NCBI GenBank assembly: GCA_963702475.1
Contig: CAVPCT010000003.1
Span: 576,001 to 640,000, forward strand
Source: an uncultured Thermoleophilia bacterium
Lineage (GTDB): Bacteria > Actinomycetota > Thermoleophilia > UBA2241
Length of the DNA stretch: 64,000 nt
Reading direction: 5' to 3'
The position numbers and the translations under genes were made by a program. The notes beneath the pieces were generated by a model. That model was not told where the DNA came from and ran no database searches. It was given only the letters and a program-made list of their open reading frames with translations. Numbering within the stretch: the stretch's first letter is position 1; every line of letters starts with the position of its first letter. Shown here one piece after another: positions 49,129 through 58,295 of the stretch.

Positions 49129-49329
49129 GTGGCGCAGGGGACCGTGAAGTGGTTCAGCAACGAGAAGGGGTACGGTTTCATCGAACGGGAAGACGGTGAC
49201 GACCTGTTCGTGCACTACTCCGAGATCACCATGGACGGCTACAAGACACTCGTCCAGGGTCAGAGCGTCGAGTTCGAGATCACCGAGGGCGACAAAGGGT
49301 TGCAGGCCTCCACGGTCCGCCCCATCTGA
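49129..49329 (+). CDS. cspA: cold-shock protein
   Basis: [34 protein letters not shown]. Confidence 0.95.
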   Translation: MAQGTVKWFSNEKGYGFIEREDGDDLFVHYSEITMDGYKTLVQGQSVEFEITEGDKGLQASTVRPI

Positions 49330-49344
49330 CGACTGACGAACGCG

Positions 49345-49385
49345 AGGGCCCGCCGGCTGCAGGCAGCCGGCGGGCCCTTTCTTGT
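49345..49385 (+). terminator. rho-independent terminator
   Basis: AGGGCCCGCCGGCTGC-AG-GCAGCCGGCGGGCCCT followed by TTCTTGT. Confidence 0.85.
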
Positions 49386-49450
49386 CCCCTCCCGAGGGAT
49401 GCAGTACTCTAGCCGTCCCGCTTTTCGCGGACCCTCGCAGGAGGCCCACC

Positions 49451-49732
49451 ATGATCGGTGAAGACGACGTCCGCTACGTCGCGAAGCTCGCCCGTCTGCG
49501 TCTCGAACAGGACGAAGTGGCGCGCATGGCCGGGGAACTGGCCAAGATCCTCTCCCACATCGACCAGATGAGCGAGCTCGACATCGCCGCCGTGCCGCCC
49601 ACCGCGCACGTGCTCGACGTGGTCAACGTGGCGCGCGCCGACAGGCCTCGGCCGGGCCTGGAGCGCGCCGACGCGCTGCGCAACGCTCCGGCCGTGAGCG
49701 ACGACTGCTTCCGCGTGCCGAGGATGGGGTGA
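49451..49732 (+). CDS. gatC: Asp/Glu-tRNA amidotransferase subunit C
   Basis: VRYVAKLARL, PTAHV, RAD, NAP, FRVPR. Confidence 0.95.
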   Translation: MIGEDDVRYVAKLARLRLEQDEVARMAGELAKILSHIDQMSELDIAAVPPTAHVLDVVNVARADRPRPGLERADALRNAPAVSDDCFRVPRMG

Positions 49733-51261
49733 GCGGTGTGGACGCGCTGCGGCTGAGGGCCCGGGAGGCCAAGCGGCTGCTGGTCGACGGCGAGATCTCG
49801 GCCGCGGAGCTCGCCAAGGTCTACCTCGACCAGATCGACGGTGTCGAGGGCAAGGTGAAGGCGTACATCCGCCTCACCCCGGACAATACGGCGAAGTACT
49901 CCACCAAGGTCGACCGTGAGATGCAGGCGATGCGCGGCCCGCTCGCGGGGCTGCCGATCGCCATCAAGGACAACATGGTCACCGAGGGAGTCACCACCAC
50001 CTGCGCCTCGAAGATCCTGCACAACTACATGCCGGTGTACACCGCCACGGCGGTGCGCCAGGTGTGGGACGACCACGTGGTGATGCTGGGCAAGACCAAC
50101 ATGGACGAGTTCGCCATGGGCTCGTCCACGGAGAACTCGTCCTATCACCCCACGCACAACCCGTGGGACCTGAGCACCGTGCCCGGTGGGTCCAGCGGCG
50201 GCTCCGCCGCCGCCGTCGCCGCCGGGGAGGCCCTCTGGGCCCTGGGCAGCGACACGGGCGGCTCCATCCGCCAGCCGGCCGCGCTGTGCGGCATCGTCGG
50301 CATGAAGCCCACCTACGGCGCCGTGAGCCGCTACGGGCTCGTCGCCTTCGCCAGCTCGCTCGACCAGATCGGCCCGCTCACGCGCTCGGTGTACGACTGT
50401 GCGTTGCTGCTGCAGCACATCGTGGGCCACGACCGAAACGACGCCACCAGCGTGGCCCTGCCCGAGCCCATCGCCCTGCCGGCGGCGGAGCGCCTCGACG
50501 ACGTGCGCGTCGGCATCCCGCAGGAGTACCTGGGGGCCGGCATCGAGCCGGGCGTGCGCGCCCGCTTCGACGAGACGGTCGCGCTCGTGGAGCAGCTCGG
50601 CGGCACCTGCGTCGAGGTCAGCCTGCCGCACACCGAGTACGCGCTGCCGGCGTACTACATCATCGCGCCGGCCGAGGCGAGCGCGAACCTCGCGCGCTTC
50701 GACGGGGTCCGCTACGGCTACCGCTGCGCGGACCCCGAGGACCTGCTCGACATGTACGAGCGCACGCGCGGCGAGGGCTTCGGGCCCGAGGTCAAGCGCC
50801 GCATCATGATCGGCACCTACGCGCTCTCGGCGGGCTATTACGACGCGTACTACGGGCGCGCGCAGCGCGTGCGCACGCTCGTGCGCGACGACTTCGAGCG
50901 CGCCTTCGGTGCCGTCGACCTCATCGCCTCGCCCACCTCGCCCACGGTCGCCTTCAAGGCCGGTTCGCGCGTCGACGACCCGCTGGCGATGTACATGAGC
51001 GACATCTGCACGATCCCCACCAACCTGGCCGGCCTGCCCGCCATCAGCATCCCCTGCGGGCTCAGCGAGGGCCTGCCCGTGGGCTTCCAGCTCATCGGCC
51101 CGGCGTTCAGCGAGAACCGCATCCTCGACGCCGCCCACGCCCTGGAGGCGGCCCTCGGCTTCGACGCCGTGCCGACGTTCCGGGACTCCGGCACGACGGG
51201 GCCGGCCGGCTGGTGTCCCGAGGGCGCCATCACCTACCACCCCGAGGACGCGCAGTCATGA
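49729..51261 (+). CDS. gatA: Asp/Glu-tRNA amidotransferase subunit A
   Basis: IAIKDN, GKTNMDEFAMGSSTE, GGSSGGSAAAV, GSDTGGSIRQPA, EVKRRIMIG. Confidence 0.96.
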   Translation: MSGVDALRLRAREAKRLLVDGEISAAELAKVYLDQIDGVEGKVKAYIRLTPDNTAKYSTKVDREMQAMRGPLAGLPIAIKDNMVTEGVTTTCASKILHNYMPVYTATAVRQVWDDHVVMLGKTNMDEFAMGSSTENSSYHPTHNPWDLSTVPGGSSGGSAAAVAAGEALWALGSDTGGSIRQPAALCGIVGMKPTYGAVSRYGLVAFASSLDQIGPLTRSVYDCALLLQHIVGHDRNDATSVALPEPIALPAAERLDDVRVGIPQEYLGAGIEPGVRARFDETVALVEQLGGTCVEVSLPHTEYALPAYYIIAPAEASANLARFDGVRYGYRCADPEDLLDMYERTRGEGFGPEVKRRIMIGTYALSAGYYDAYYGRAQRVRTLVRDDFERAFGAVDLIASPTSPTVAFKAGSRVDDPLAMYMSDICTIPTNLAGLPAISIPCGLSEGLPVGFQLIGPAFSENRILDAAHALEAALGFDAVPTFRDSGTTGPAGWCPEGAITYHPEDAQS

Positions 51262-52766
51262 ACGACCGCCGCAGGCACGTCATCGAGGGGGGCGCCGGAG
51301 GCGCACCCCTCAGTACCCGTTGGGAACCCGTCATCGGGCTCGAGATGCACGTGGAGCTCGACACGCGCACGAAGATGTTCTGTGGCTGCGAGGTAACGAA
51401 GGGTGACGAGCCCAACGTGCACACCTGTCCCGTGTGCCTGGCGCATCCCGGCGCGCTGCCCGTCGTGAACCAGCGCGCCATCGAGTACGCCGCGCGCATC
51501 GCGCTGGCACTCAACTGCACGGTGCGTGCGCGCAGCATCTTCCATCGCAAGAACTACTTCTATCCGGACCTGCCCAAGGCATACCAGATCAGCCAGTTCG
51601 ACGAGCCGCTGGCCACGGAAGGCTGGTTCGAGTACTGGGCCGGAGGGGAGCTTCATCGCTGTCGCATCAACCGCGTGCACATGGAGGAGGACGCCGCCAA
51701 GCTCGTCCACGCCGGGGGCGAGACCGGGCGCATCGCCGGGTCCGACTACTCCATGGTCGACTTCAACCGCGGCGGCACGCCCCTCATCGAGATCGTCACC
51801 GAGCCGGACATCCCGTCGCCCGAGGCGGCCCGCGAGTTCCTCCAGCAGCTCCGCAACACAGTCGTCGAGCTGGGCGTGAGCGAGTGCAACATGGAGGAGG
51901 GGCAGGTCCGCTGGGACGCCAACGTCAGCGTGCGACCCGTCGACAGCAGCGAGCTGGGCACCCGCACCGAGCTCAAGAACATGAACAGCTTCCGCTACCT
52001 GCAGCAGGCGCTGGACGCGGAGATCCCGCGGCAGATCGAGATCATCGAGGCGGGCGGCACCATCGACCAGGAGACCCTGCACTTCGACCCCGACACAGGG
52101 ACGACCACGCCCCTCCGCAGCAAGGAAGAGGCGCACGACTACCGCTACTTCCCCGAGCCGGACCTCGTGCCGGTGCTGATCGAGCCGCTCTGGCTCGAGG
52201 AGCTGCGCGCGACCCAGCCGGAGCTGCCGGCAGCGCGCGTGGAGCGCTTCATCCAGCAGTACGGCCTCTCGCGACCGGACGCGCTCGTGCTGGGCAGCTC
52301 CCACGGGCTCTCCGAGTACTACGAGGCGGTCGTGGGGCTCGGGGCCGGCGCCAAGCCGGCGGCCAACTGGGTGATGGGCGAGTACCTCGCCCATCTCAAC
52401 GCCGCCGGCCTCGAGGCCGGCCACGGGCACGTCACGGCCGAGCGCCTCGCCAAGCTCGTCAAGCTCGTGGATGACGGCGTGGTCTCGACGAGCGCGGCCA
52501 AGGAGGTGTTCGCCGTGATCGTGGCGGAGCGGGCCGAGCCGGAGGACGTGGTGGAGCAGCGCGGGCTCGGCCAGATCAGCGACACGGCCGAGCTCGAGGC
52601 CGCCGTGGCCGCCGTGGTGGCCGGCAACCCGGCCCAGGTGGAGCAGTACCGCGGCGGCAAGCAGCAGGTGCTCGGCTTCTTCGTCGGCCAGGTGATGAAG
52701 GCCACGGGCGGGCGTGCCAACCCGCAGCTCGTCAACGAGCTGCTGCGGCGCGCCCTCGACGGCTGA
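51258..52766 (+). CDS. gatB: Asp/Glu-tRNA amidotransferase subunit B
   Basis: VIGLEMHVEL, RKNYFYPDLPK, HMEEDAAK, DYRYFPEPDL, GFFVGQVMK. Confidence 0.96.
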   Translation: MNDRRRHVIEGGAGGAPLSTRWEPVIGLEMHVELDTRTKMFCGCEVTKGDEPNVHTCPVCLAHPGALPVVNQRAIEYAARIALALNCTVRARSIFHRKNYFYPDLPKAYQISQFDEPLATEGWFEYWAGGELHRCRINRVHMEEDAAKLVHAGGETGRIAGSDYSMVDFNRGGTPLIEIVTEPDIPSPEAAREFLQQLRNTVVELGVSECNMEEGQVRWDANVSVRPVDSSELGTRTELKNMNSFRYLQQALDAEIPRQIEIIEAGGTIDQETLHFDPDTGTTTPLRSKEEAHDYRYFPEPDLVPVLIEPLWLEELRATQPELPAARVERFIQQYGLSRPDALVLGSSHGLSEYYEAVVGLGAGAKPAANWVMGEYLAHLNAAGLEAGHGHVTAERLAKLVKLVDDGVVSTSAAKEVFAVIVAERAEPEDVVEQRGLGQISDTAELEAAVAAVVAGNPAQVEQYRGGKQQVLGFFVGQVMKATGGRANPQLVNELLRRALDG

Positions 52767-52991
52767 GCGCTTATACGCCCCCGAAGCGTCTGTCAAGGGC
52801 TCACGAGCTTCGTCTGTCTCCACGGCCGCTTGTTGCCCGCCCTCCCGGCGCTGTGGGACAATGCCTGCGACGTCAAGCCGCGCGTGCGCCTGCGGCCGTC
52901 GCGCTCCCGGGTCTCGTCACACTACGTCCCCTCGAAGTGGTCGCGCCGTCCCCGGGGCGGGCGAGGCCGCGGCGCTGACAGGTAGGTGAGT

Positions 52992-54266
52992 ATGACCAGC
53001 GACCTCTCAAGCTTCGTCATCGGTCGCCCGCGGCCGGCAGAGCCGGCCGTGCGCATCGACGACACCACGCTCCGCGACGGCGAGCAGACCGCCGGCGTGG
53101 TCTTCTCCAACCACGAGAAGATCCGCATCGCCAAGCTGCTCGACGAGGTGGGCGTCCACCAGATCGAGGTCGGCATCCCCGCCATGGGCGGCGACGAGAA
53201 GACCACCATCAAGCAGATCGTGAACCTTGGCCTCGACACGTCGGTACTGGCCTGGAACCGCGCCGTGATCGACGACGTGCGCCACTCCATCGACTGCGGC
53301 GTGGACGCCGTGGCCATCTCCATGTCGGCCAGCGACATCCACATCGAGCACAAGCTGCAGAAGAGCCGCCAGTGGGTGCTCGACCAGATCCGCGAGTGCG
53401 TGGCGTTCGCCAAGGACAAGAACCTGTACGTCTCGGTCAACGCCGAGGACGCCTCCCGCGCCGACCTCGAGTTCCTGCTGCGCTTCGCGCAGGCGGCGAG
53501 GGAGGAGGGCGCCGACCGGCTCCGCTTCTGCGACACCCTGGGCATCCTCGACCCGTTCGACACCTACAACGTGATCGCGTTCCTCAAGCGCGAGGGCGGC
53601 CTGGACATCGAGATGCACACGCACGACGACTTCGGCATGGCCACGGCCAACGCCCTCGCCGGCATCAAGGCCGGGGCCACCTACGTCAACACCACCGTCA
53701 ACGGCCTCGGGGAGCGCGCCGGCAACGCCGCCCTCGAAGAGGTGGTGATGGCGCTCAAGTATCTCGGCAAGGTCGACGTCGGCCTGCACACCAGCCGCTT
53801 CCGCGAGCTCAGCGAGTACGTGGCCGCGGCGTCGGCGCGCACCATCCCCGCGTGGAAGAGCATCGTTGGCACCAACGTGTTCGCCCACGAGAGCGGCATC
53901 CACGCCGACGGCGTCATCAAGAACCCCCTGAACTACGAGGCGTTCGCCCCCGAGGACGTCGGTCTGGAGCGGCAGATCGTGGTCGGCAAGCACTCCGGGT
54001 CGCGCACCATCTACCGCAAGTTCCAGGAGTTCGGCCTCGAGCTCAGCAGGCAGGACTGCGAGGGCATCCTCGAGCTCGTCCGCCAGACGGCCGTGGAGCT
54101 CAAGCGGGCGCTGTTCGACAAGGAGCTCATGTACATCTATCAGGACTACCTCGGGCGCCTCGGTGACGCGGTGCCTATCGGCAACGGCGCCGCCCCGGCC
54201 GCGGGCGCGGCAGACGCGGCCGGCGCGCCGCAGGCGGCGCCGGCCGGCAGGGCAGCCGGCTCGTGA
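52992..54266 (+). CDS. homocitrate synthase / Re-citrate synthase (NifV/AksA-like DRE-TIM)
   Basis: DTTLRDGEQ, HTHDDFGMATAN, NGLGERAGNA, HESGIH, GKHSG; no LeuA regulatory domain; start may be GTG 52986. Confidence 0.88.
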   Translation: MTSDLSSFVIGRPRPAEPAVRIDDTTLRDGEQTAGVVFSNHEKIRIAKLLDEVGVHQIEVGIPAMGGDEKTTIKQIVNLGLDTSVLAWNRAVIDDVRHSIDCGVDAVAISMSASDIHIEHKLQKSRQWVLDQIRECVAFAKDKNLYVSVNAEDASRADLEFLLRFAQAAREEGADRLRFCDTLGILDPFDTYNVIAFLKREGGLDIEMHTHDDFGMATANALAGIKAGATYVNTTVNGLGERAGNAALEEVVMALKYLGKVDVGLHTSRFRELSEYVAAASARTIPAWKSIVGTNVFAHESGIHADGVIKNPLNYEAFAPEDVGLERQIVVGKHSGSRTIYRKFQEFGLELSRQDCEGILELVRQTAVELKRALFDKELMYIYQDYLGRLGDAVPIGNGAAPAAGAADAAGAPQAAPAGRAAGS

Positions 54267-55513
54267 GCACACTGGCCGAGAAGCTCCTTGCGCGGGCTGC
54301 GGGGCTGGATGTGGTCGTCCCCGGCCAGATCGTGGTCGCCGACGTGGACGTGGCCATCGCGCAGGACGGCACCGGCCCGCTGGCCATCCAGCAGATCGAG
54401 GAGCTGGGCGCCACCCGCGTCAAGGCGCCCATCTGCGTGTTCTTCATCGACCACGCGGCGCCGGCGCCGCGCAGCGAGCTGGCCAACGCGCAGCGGACCA
54501 TCCGCGCCTTCTGCGCCTCCTCGGGCGCCACGCTCAGCGACGTCGAGATGGGCGTGTGCCACCAGAACGTCGCCGAGAAGTACGCCAGGCCCGGAGACCT
54601 CGTCATCGGCGCCGACTCCCACACCTGCATGGCCGGCGCCCTGGGCGCCTTCGCCACCGGCATGGGCAGCACCGACGTGGCCATCGGGATGGCGACCGGC
54701 CGAACATGGCTGCGGGTGCCCGAGACGTTCCGCATCGAGGTGGAAGGCGTGCTCCGCGACGGTGTGGAGGCCAAGGACCTCATGCTCACGCTCATCGGGC
54801 GGCTCGGCGCTGACGGCGCCACCTACAGGGCGCTCGAGTTCGGGGGGGCGGGCATCGATGCCCTGCCCATGCCCGGCCGGCTCACCTTGAGCAACATGTC
54901 GGTGGAGGCCGGCGCCAAGTGCGGCCTCATGCCGAGCGACGAGGTCACGCGCGCGTTCCTCGCCGAGCTGGGGCGCGAGGCGGACTGGCGCCCGCTCGCG
55001 CCCGACCCCGGCGCCGCCTACGAGCGCGTCGTGTCCGTCGATGCGGCGGCCGTCGTGCCCACCGTGGCGAAGCCCCACACGGTGGACAACACCGCGGCGG
55101 CGGCCGATCTCGGCGTCGTCGCCGTCGACCAGGTGCTCATCGGCACCTGCACCAACGGCCGCCTGGCCGACCTGCGCTCGGCGGCGCGCGTGCTCAAGGG
55201 CCGCCGTCGCAGCCCCGGCACGCGCCTCGTCGTGACACCTGCGTCGCGCGCCGTGGCCCGCGCCGCCGCCGCAGAAGGCCTGCTCGACGTGTTCTGGGAG
55301 GCCGGCGCCGTGGTCACCAACCCCGGGTGCGGCGCCTGCGTCGGCATCCACGAGGGCATCCTCGGCGACGGGGAGGTCTGCCTGAGCACCGCCAACCGCA
55401 ACTTCCACGGGCGCATGGGCAACCCCGACGCCTTCATCTACCTCGGCTCGCCGGCCACCGCGGCCGCCACGGCCGTGGCCGGCGTCATCACAGACCCCCG
55501 CGAGCTTCTCTAG
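54263..55513 (+). CDS. homoaconitase / isopropylmalate dehydratase large subunit (AksD/LeuC-like)
   Basis: [40 protein letters not shown]; TAG stop. Confidence 0.92.
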   Translation: MSTLAEKLLARAAGLDVVVPGQIVVADVDVAIAQDGTGPLAIQQIEELGATRVKAPICVFFIDHAAPAPRSELANAQRTIRAFCASSGATLSDVEMGVCHQNVAEKYARPGDLVIGADSHTCMAGALGAFATGMGSTDVAIGMATGRTWLRVPETFRIEVEGVLRDGVEAKDLMLTLIGRLGADGATYRALEFGGAGIDALPMPGRLTLSNMSVEAGAKCGLMPSDEVTRAFLAELGREADWRPLAPDPGAAYERVVSVDAAAVVPTVAKPHTVDNTAAAADLGVVAVDQVLIGTCTNGRLADLRSAARVLKGRRRSPGTRLVVTPASRAVARAAAAEGLLDVFWEAGAVVTNPGCGACVGIHEGILGDGEVCLSTANRNFHGRMGNPDAFIYLGSPATAAATAVAGVITDPRELL

Positions 55514-55527
55514 GAAAGGAGGTCGTC

Positions 55528-56049
55528 ATGGCCAAGCAGTACGACGCCCCGCCGCCGATGGTCATCGACACCACCAAGCACTACGTCGCCACCATCAGCA
55601 CCGACGAGGGCGACATCAGGATCGAGCTCTTCGCCGACAAGGCGCCCAGCACCGTGAACAACTTCGTGTACCTCGCCCGCGACGGCTACTACGACGGGGT
55701 CACGTTCCACCGCGTCATCAAGGGGTTCATGGCACAGGGCGGCGACCCCACCGGCTCGGGCCGCGGCGGCCCCGGCTACAAGTTCGCAGACGAGTTCCAC
55801 CCTGCGCTCAAGCACGACCAGCCCGGCATCCTCTCTATGGCGAACGCGGGGCCGAACACCAACGGCTCACAGTTCTTCATCACCTACAGCGAGACCCCGC
55901 ACCTGGACGGCAGGCACGCCGTGTTCGGGCGCGTGATCGAGGGCATGGACGTGCTGGAGGCGATCCCCGAGCGCGACCCCATGCGCGCCTCGCGGCCCGG
56001 CCTCGCGATGAACACCGTCACTGTGGTCGAGGAGGAATGGGTGACGTGA
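55528..56049 (+). CDS. cyclophilin-type peptidyl-prolyl isomerase
   Basis: [52 protein letters not shown]; AAGGAGG RBS. Confidence 0.95.
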   Translation: MAKQYDAPPPMVIDTTKHYVATISTDEGDIRIELFADKAPSTVNNFVYLARDGYYDGVTFHRVIKGFMAQGGDPTGSGRGGPGYKFADEFHPALKHDQPGILSMANAGPNTNGSQFFITYSETPHLDGRHAVFGRVIEGMDVLEAIPERDPMRASRPGLAMNTVTVVEEEWVT

Positions 56050-56612
56050 GTAGCCTCCAAAGGGATGCTACCGAGCGGGGCGCCGGAAGGTCACCGCTCC
56101 GCGAAGGGCACCTCCACGGGCGCGCCTGGCTGTTCGGAGACGACATCTCGACGGACCACATCGCTCCCGGCCGCCTCTTCCACCTGCGCACCGATCTGCC
56201 CGAGCTCGCCAAGCACGTGCTCGAGGACGCGCGTCCGGAGTTTGCCGGGCAGATGAAGCCCGGCGACTTCGTCGTGGGCGGGCGCAACTTCGGTCTGGGC
56301 TCCAGCCGCGAGCACGCACCCCGCATCATCCGGATCGCCGGCGTGGGCGCGGTGCTGGCTCAGAGCTTCGCGCGCATCTTCTTCCGCAACGCCATCAACG
56401 TCGGTCTCCCCGTGCTGCAGTGCGACACCTCGGGCATCGGCGAGCAGGACGAGCTCGAGGTCGATCTCACGGCCGGCGAGGTGCGGGACCTCACCACCGG
56501 CGCCGTGATCCCGTTTGTGCCGCTGCCGCCGGTGATGGTCACCATCCTGGACGACGGCGGCCTGGTGGACCACGTCAAGAAGCACGGCGGCTTCGCCCTG
56601 CCCGAGGGCTGA
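56046..56612 (+). CDS. homoaconitase / isopropylmalate dehydratase small subunit (AksE/LeuD-like)
   Basis: [37 protein letters not shown]; GTGA overlap with cyclophilin stop. Confidence 0.92.
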   Translation: MSSLQRDATERGAGRSPLREGHLHGRAWLFGDDISTDHIAPGRLFHLRTDLPELAKHVLEDARPEFAGQMKPGDFVVGGRNFGLGSSREHAPRIIRIAGVGAVLAQSFARIFFRNAINVGLPVLQCDTSGIGEQDELEVDLTAGEVRDLTTGAVIPFVPLPPVMVTILDDGGLVDHVKKHGGFALPEG

Positions 56613-56668
56613 CCCGCTTCACCACATCGGCGGGCTTCACAGCCCGCGCCCAGATCCGGAGGAGCGTC

Positions 56669-57676
56669 GTGACCTACACAGTGACCCTGATCCCGGGTGA
56701 CGGCACCGGCCCCGAGCTCGCCGCCGCCCTCGAGACCGTCATCGGCGCCACCGGCGTACCCATCCTCTGGGAGGTGCACGACGCCGGCCTGGGCGTGATG
56801 GAGGAGTACGGCACGCCGCTGCCGGAACACGTGCTCGACTCCATACGGCGCACCAGGGTCGCCATCAAGGGCCCCATCACGACGCCGATTGGGACGGGCT
56901 TTCGCAGCGTCAACGTCGCGCTCCGCAAGGAGCTCGACCTGTACGCCTGCCTGCGCCCGTCCAAGACGATGAAGGGCGTGCGCTCGCGCTACGACGACAT
57001 CGACCTCGTGGTGGTCCGCGAGAACACCGAGGACCTGTACGCCGGCATCGAGCACATGGTCGGCGAAGATGCCGCCGAGAGCATCAAGATCATCACCCGC
57101 CGCGGCAGCGAGCGCATCGTACGCTTCGCCTTCGAGTACGCCCGCCGGCACGAGCGCAGCAAGGTGACGGCGGTGCACAAGGCCAACATCATGAAGTGCA
57201 CCGACGGCCTCTTCCTGGCCGTCGCGCGCGAAGTCGCCGAGCAGTACCCGGACATCGAGTTCGAGGACCGCATCGTCGACAACATGTGCATGCAGCTGGT
57301 GCAGAAGCCGGAGCTCTACGACGTGCTGGTCATGCCCAACCTGTACGGCGACATCGTGAGCGACCTGTGTGCGGGGCTCATCGGCGGGCTCGGCGTGGCG
57401 CCGGGGGCCAACATCGGCGACGGCGCCGCGGTGTTCGAGCCGGTGCACGGGAGTGCGCCCAAGTACGCCGGCATGGACAAGGTGAACCCCATGGCCCTGC
57501 TGCGCTCCGGCGTGCTGCTACTCGAGCACATCGGCGAAGCCGAGGCGGCGCGCCGCATGGAGGCGGCCATCGCCGCCGTGGTCGCCGAGGGCAAGGACGT
57601 CACGTACGACCTCGGCGGCACCGCGGGCACCAGCGGCATGGCTCAGGCCATCGCCGCCCGCATCGACGCCTGCTGA
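56669..57676 (+). CDS. isocitrate/homoisocitrate/isopropylmalate dehydrogenase family (NAD)
   Basis: [55 protein letters not shown]. Confidence 0.92.
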   Translation: MTYTVTLIPGDGTGPELAAALETVIGATGVPILWEVHDAGLGVMEEYGTPLPEHVLDSIRRTRVAIKGPITTPIGTGFRSVNVALRKELDLYACLRPSKTMKGVRSRYDDIDLVVVRENTEDLYAGIEHMVGEDAAESIKIITRRGSERIVRFAFEYARRHERSKVTAVHKANIMKCTDGLFLAVAREVAEQYPDIEFEDRIVDNMCMQLVQKPELYDVLVMPNLYGDIVSDLCAGLIGGLGVAPGANIGDGAAVFEPVHGSAPKYAGMDKVNPMALLRSGVLLLEHIGEAEAARRMEAAIAAVVAEGKDVTYDLGGTAGTSGMAQAIAARIDAC

Positions 57677-57738
57677 CCACCCGGCGCCGCACCCACGCCC
57701 GGCTCGCCCGGGCGCCGCGACCAGAGAAGGAGGCTCCC

Positions 57739-58032
57739 GTGGAGGAGCAAGAGAAGCGCATCAACCTGCACGCCACGCCCAAGAAGATGGCCGGCGTGTA
57801 CGCCAACTTCGCCAACGTGAGCCACTCGGAGTACGAGTTCTCCATCACCTTCGTGCGCCTCGACCACGAGGGAGAAGAGCCCGGCGAGATGAACGGCGTC
57901 GTGGTGAGCCGCGTGAACCTCTCGCCGAAGTTCATGAAGGAGCTGCTCGACGCCATGGCCGACAACCACAGCAAGTGGCAGGCGGCCGAGAACATCAAGA
58001 ACCTGCCCGAGGCGCCGCCCCGGGACATCTGA
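57739..58032 (+). CDS. DUF3467-like small protein
   Basis: GVYANFANVSHSEYEF.I.F...VVVSRV.LSP...K.L pattern; AAGGAGG RBS. Confidence 0.75.
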   Translation: MEEQEKRINLHATPKKMAGVYANFANVSHSEYEFSITFVRLDHEGEEPGEMNGVVVSRVNLSPKFMKELLDAMADNHSKWQAAENIKNLPEAPPRDI

Positions 58033-58295
58033 ATGCGGTCCGGGGGCAGCGGCAACGGTGTCGCGGCTCTCCCGGCCCTTGCACCGCTCATCCCCCGGTC
58101 GGGCGGGCCGGAATGTCCAACAAGCCCGCTCTCTCGGCTCCGTTTCTGCCCGCTGAGCAGGCGGTTTGTTGCTGCCGTCGCGCGCCGCGGCTAGAATGGC
58201 CGGGCCTGTGATCCCACCGTTCCCGCGCATGCGAGGGGCACCTCGGCGCGGCCCGGCGAGCGGGGGAGACCCGTCATCGTTCCCAGGAGGACGCA

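Noticed and set aside
55511-55530. Amber readthrough from leuC-like gene into cyclophilin (also folD into hydC)
   Set aside because: Downstream genes are out of frame with the TAG
58190-58295. Moco/Wco riboswitch before aor
   Set aside because: Conserved motif elements not recognisable
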